Of a DNA stretch of 44,602 nt, positions 44,391-44,602 are shown piece by piece. A program made the translations under genes and the position numbers. Location: the NCBI GenBank assembly GCA_012966015.1, contig DTRI01000023.1, positions 1 through 44,602 of the forward strand, in the 5' to 3' direction. This DNA comes from Flavobacteriales bacterium. GTDB lineage: Bacteria > Bacteroidota > Bacteroidia > NORP154. The notes under the pieces were generated by a model. It saw nothing but the letters and a program-made list of their open reading frames with translations, was not told the DNA's origin and searched no databases. How positions within the stretch are numbered: position 1 is the first letter of the stretch; every line of letters begins with the position of its first letter.

Positions 44391-44602
44391 CTAGTTTTTT
44401 CTCTCAACAAAAACAAAAACGTCCTCATTCTTCTTTTTCATGAGGTATTTTTCGCGCGCAAACTTCTCCAGCGTTTCTGGATTGCTCATCATTTCCTTCA
44501 ACATCGTCATGTCCTTTTGAATCTCTTCTGTGAAGTATAGCTGATCTTGCTTCATTTGGTTGAGCTTATTTTTCTGCTTCACCTGCGTGATAAGGTCATT
44601 GC
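44391..44602 (-). CDS. FtsB/DivIC-type septum formation initiator, C-terminal part (5' end runs off the window)
   Basis: The reading frame is open to the window edge. A coiled-coil-like QVKQKNKLNQMKQDQLYFTEEIQKD is followed by the family-typical tail ETLEKFAREKYLMKKKNEDVFVFV. Confidence 0.6.
   Translation of the reverse strand, partial: NDLITQVKQKNKLNQMKQDQLYFTEEIQKDMTMLKEMMSNPETLEKFAREKYLMKKKNEDVFVFVERKN

Noticed and set aside
1-44602. Prophage, ICE or transposon content
   Set aside because: No integrase, transposase, recombinase, phage structural gene or conjugation gene is recognisable in any frame. The only mobility-like trace is the tRNA-Asp 3' duplication.

Overview
The window looks like a chromosomal segment of a Bacteroidota genome, probably a gliding or T9SS-bearing Flavobacteriia/Cytophagia-like organism. 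Three things support this: Por/T9SS C-terminal sorting domains, SprB-type repeats with a PorP/SprF partner gene, and TAnnTTTG -7 promoter boxes.

Most genes are ordinary core functions: tRNA-Asp, tRNA-Ser, ribD, an IMPase, a UvrD-nuclease fusion, OmpA-family, arfB, priA, pfkA, an SSF symporter, an FtsB-like gene, a ZIP transporter and a methyltransferase. These are interleaved with four very large T9SS cargo genes: an M4-like protease, a 1541-aa propeller/SprB-repeat protein, a 1502-aa metzincin and a 1384-aa P-domain protein.

I found no integrase, transposase, CRISPR array, rRNA or recognisable defence or toxin system.

The most unusual content is signalling-related:
- A SiaB-like kinase / SiaC-like (DUF1987) phosphoprotein pair lies at 28334-29322. 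The phospho-acceptor Thr68 context is conserved, but no SiaA phosphatase or diguanylate cyclase occurs anywhere in the window.
- This pair sits tail-to-tail with a three-gene module at 23579-28167. That module encodes a lipoprotein, a small beta-sandwich protein, and a 1038-aa ABCG-type transporter with a TerB-like N-terminus and a large TM5-TM6 insert.
- A second, orphan gene at 1315-2409 fuses two SiaB-like domains, one intact and one with a degenerate ATP lid.

I propose this as a candidate undescribed partner-switch system. The link between the parts is inference from adjacency only.

Other oddities:
- a duplicated tRNA-Asp 3' end that looks like an att scar
- a 2 x 121-bp tandem repeat between the tRNAs
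- an 11-bp phased T-tract array upstream of the ZIP gene
- a split spermidine-synthase-like membrane protein
- a small His/Cys-rich exported peptide with a textbook terminator
- a 580-bp ORF-free gap
- a giant metzincin gene that ends abruptly without a T9SS sorting domain
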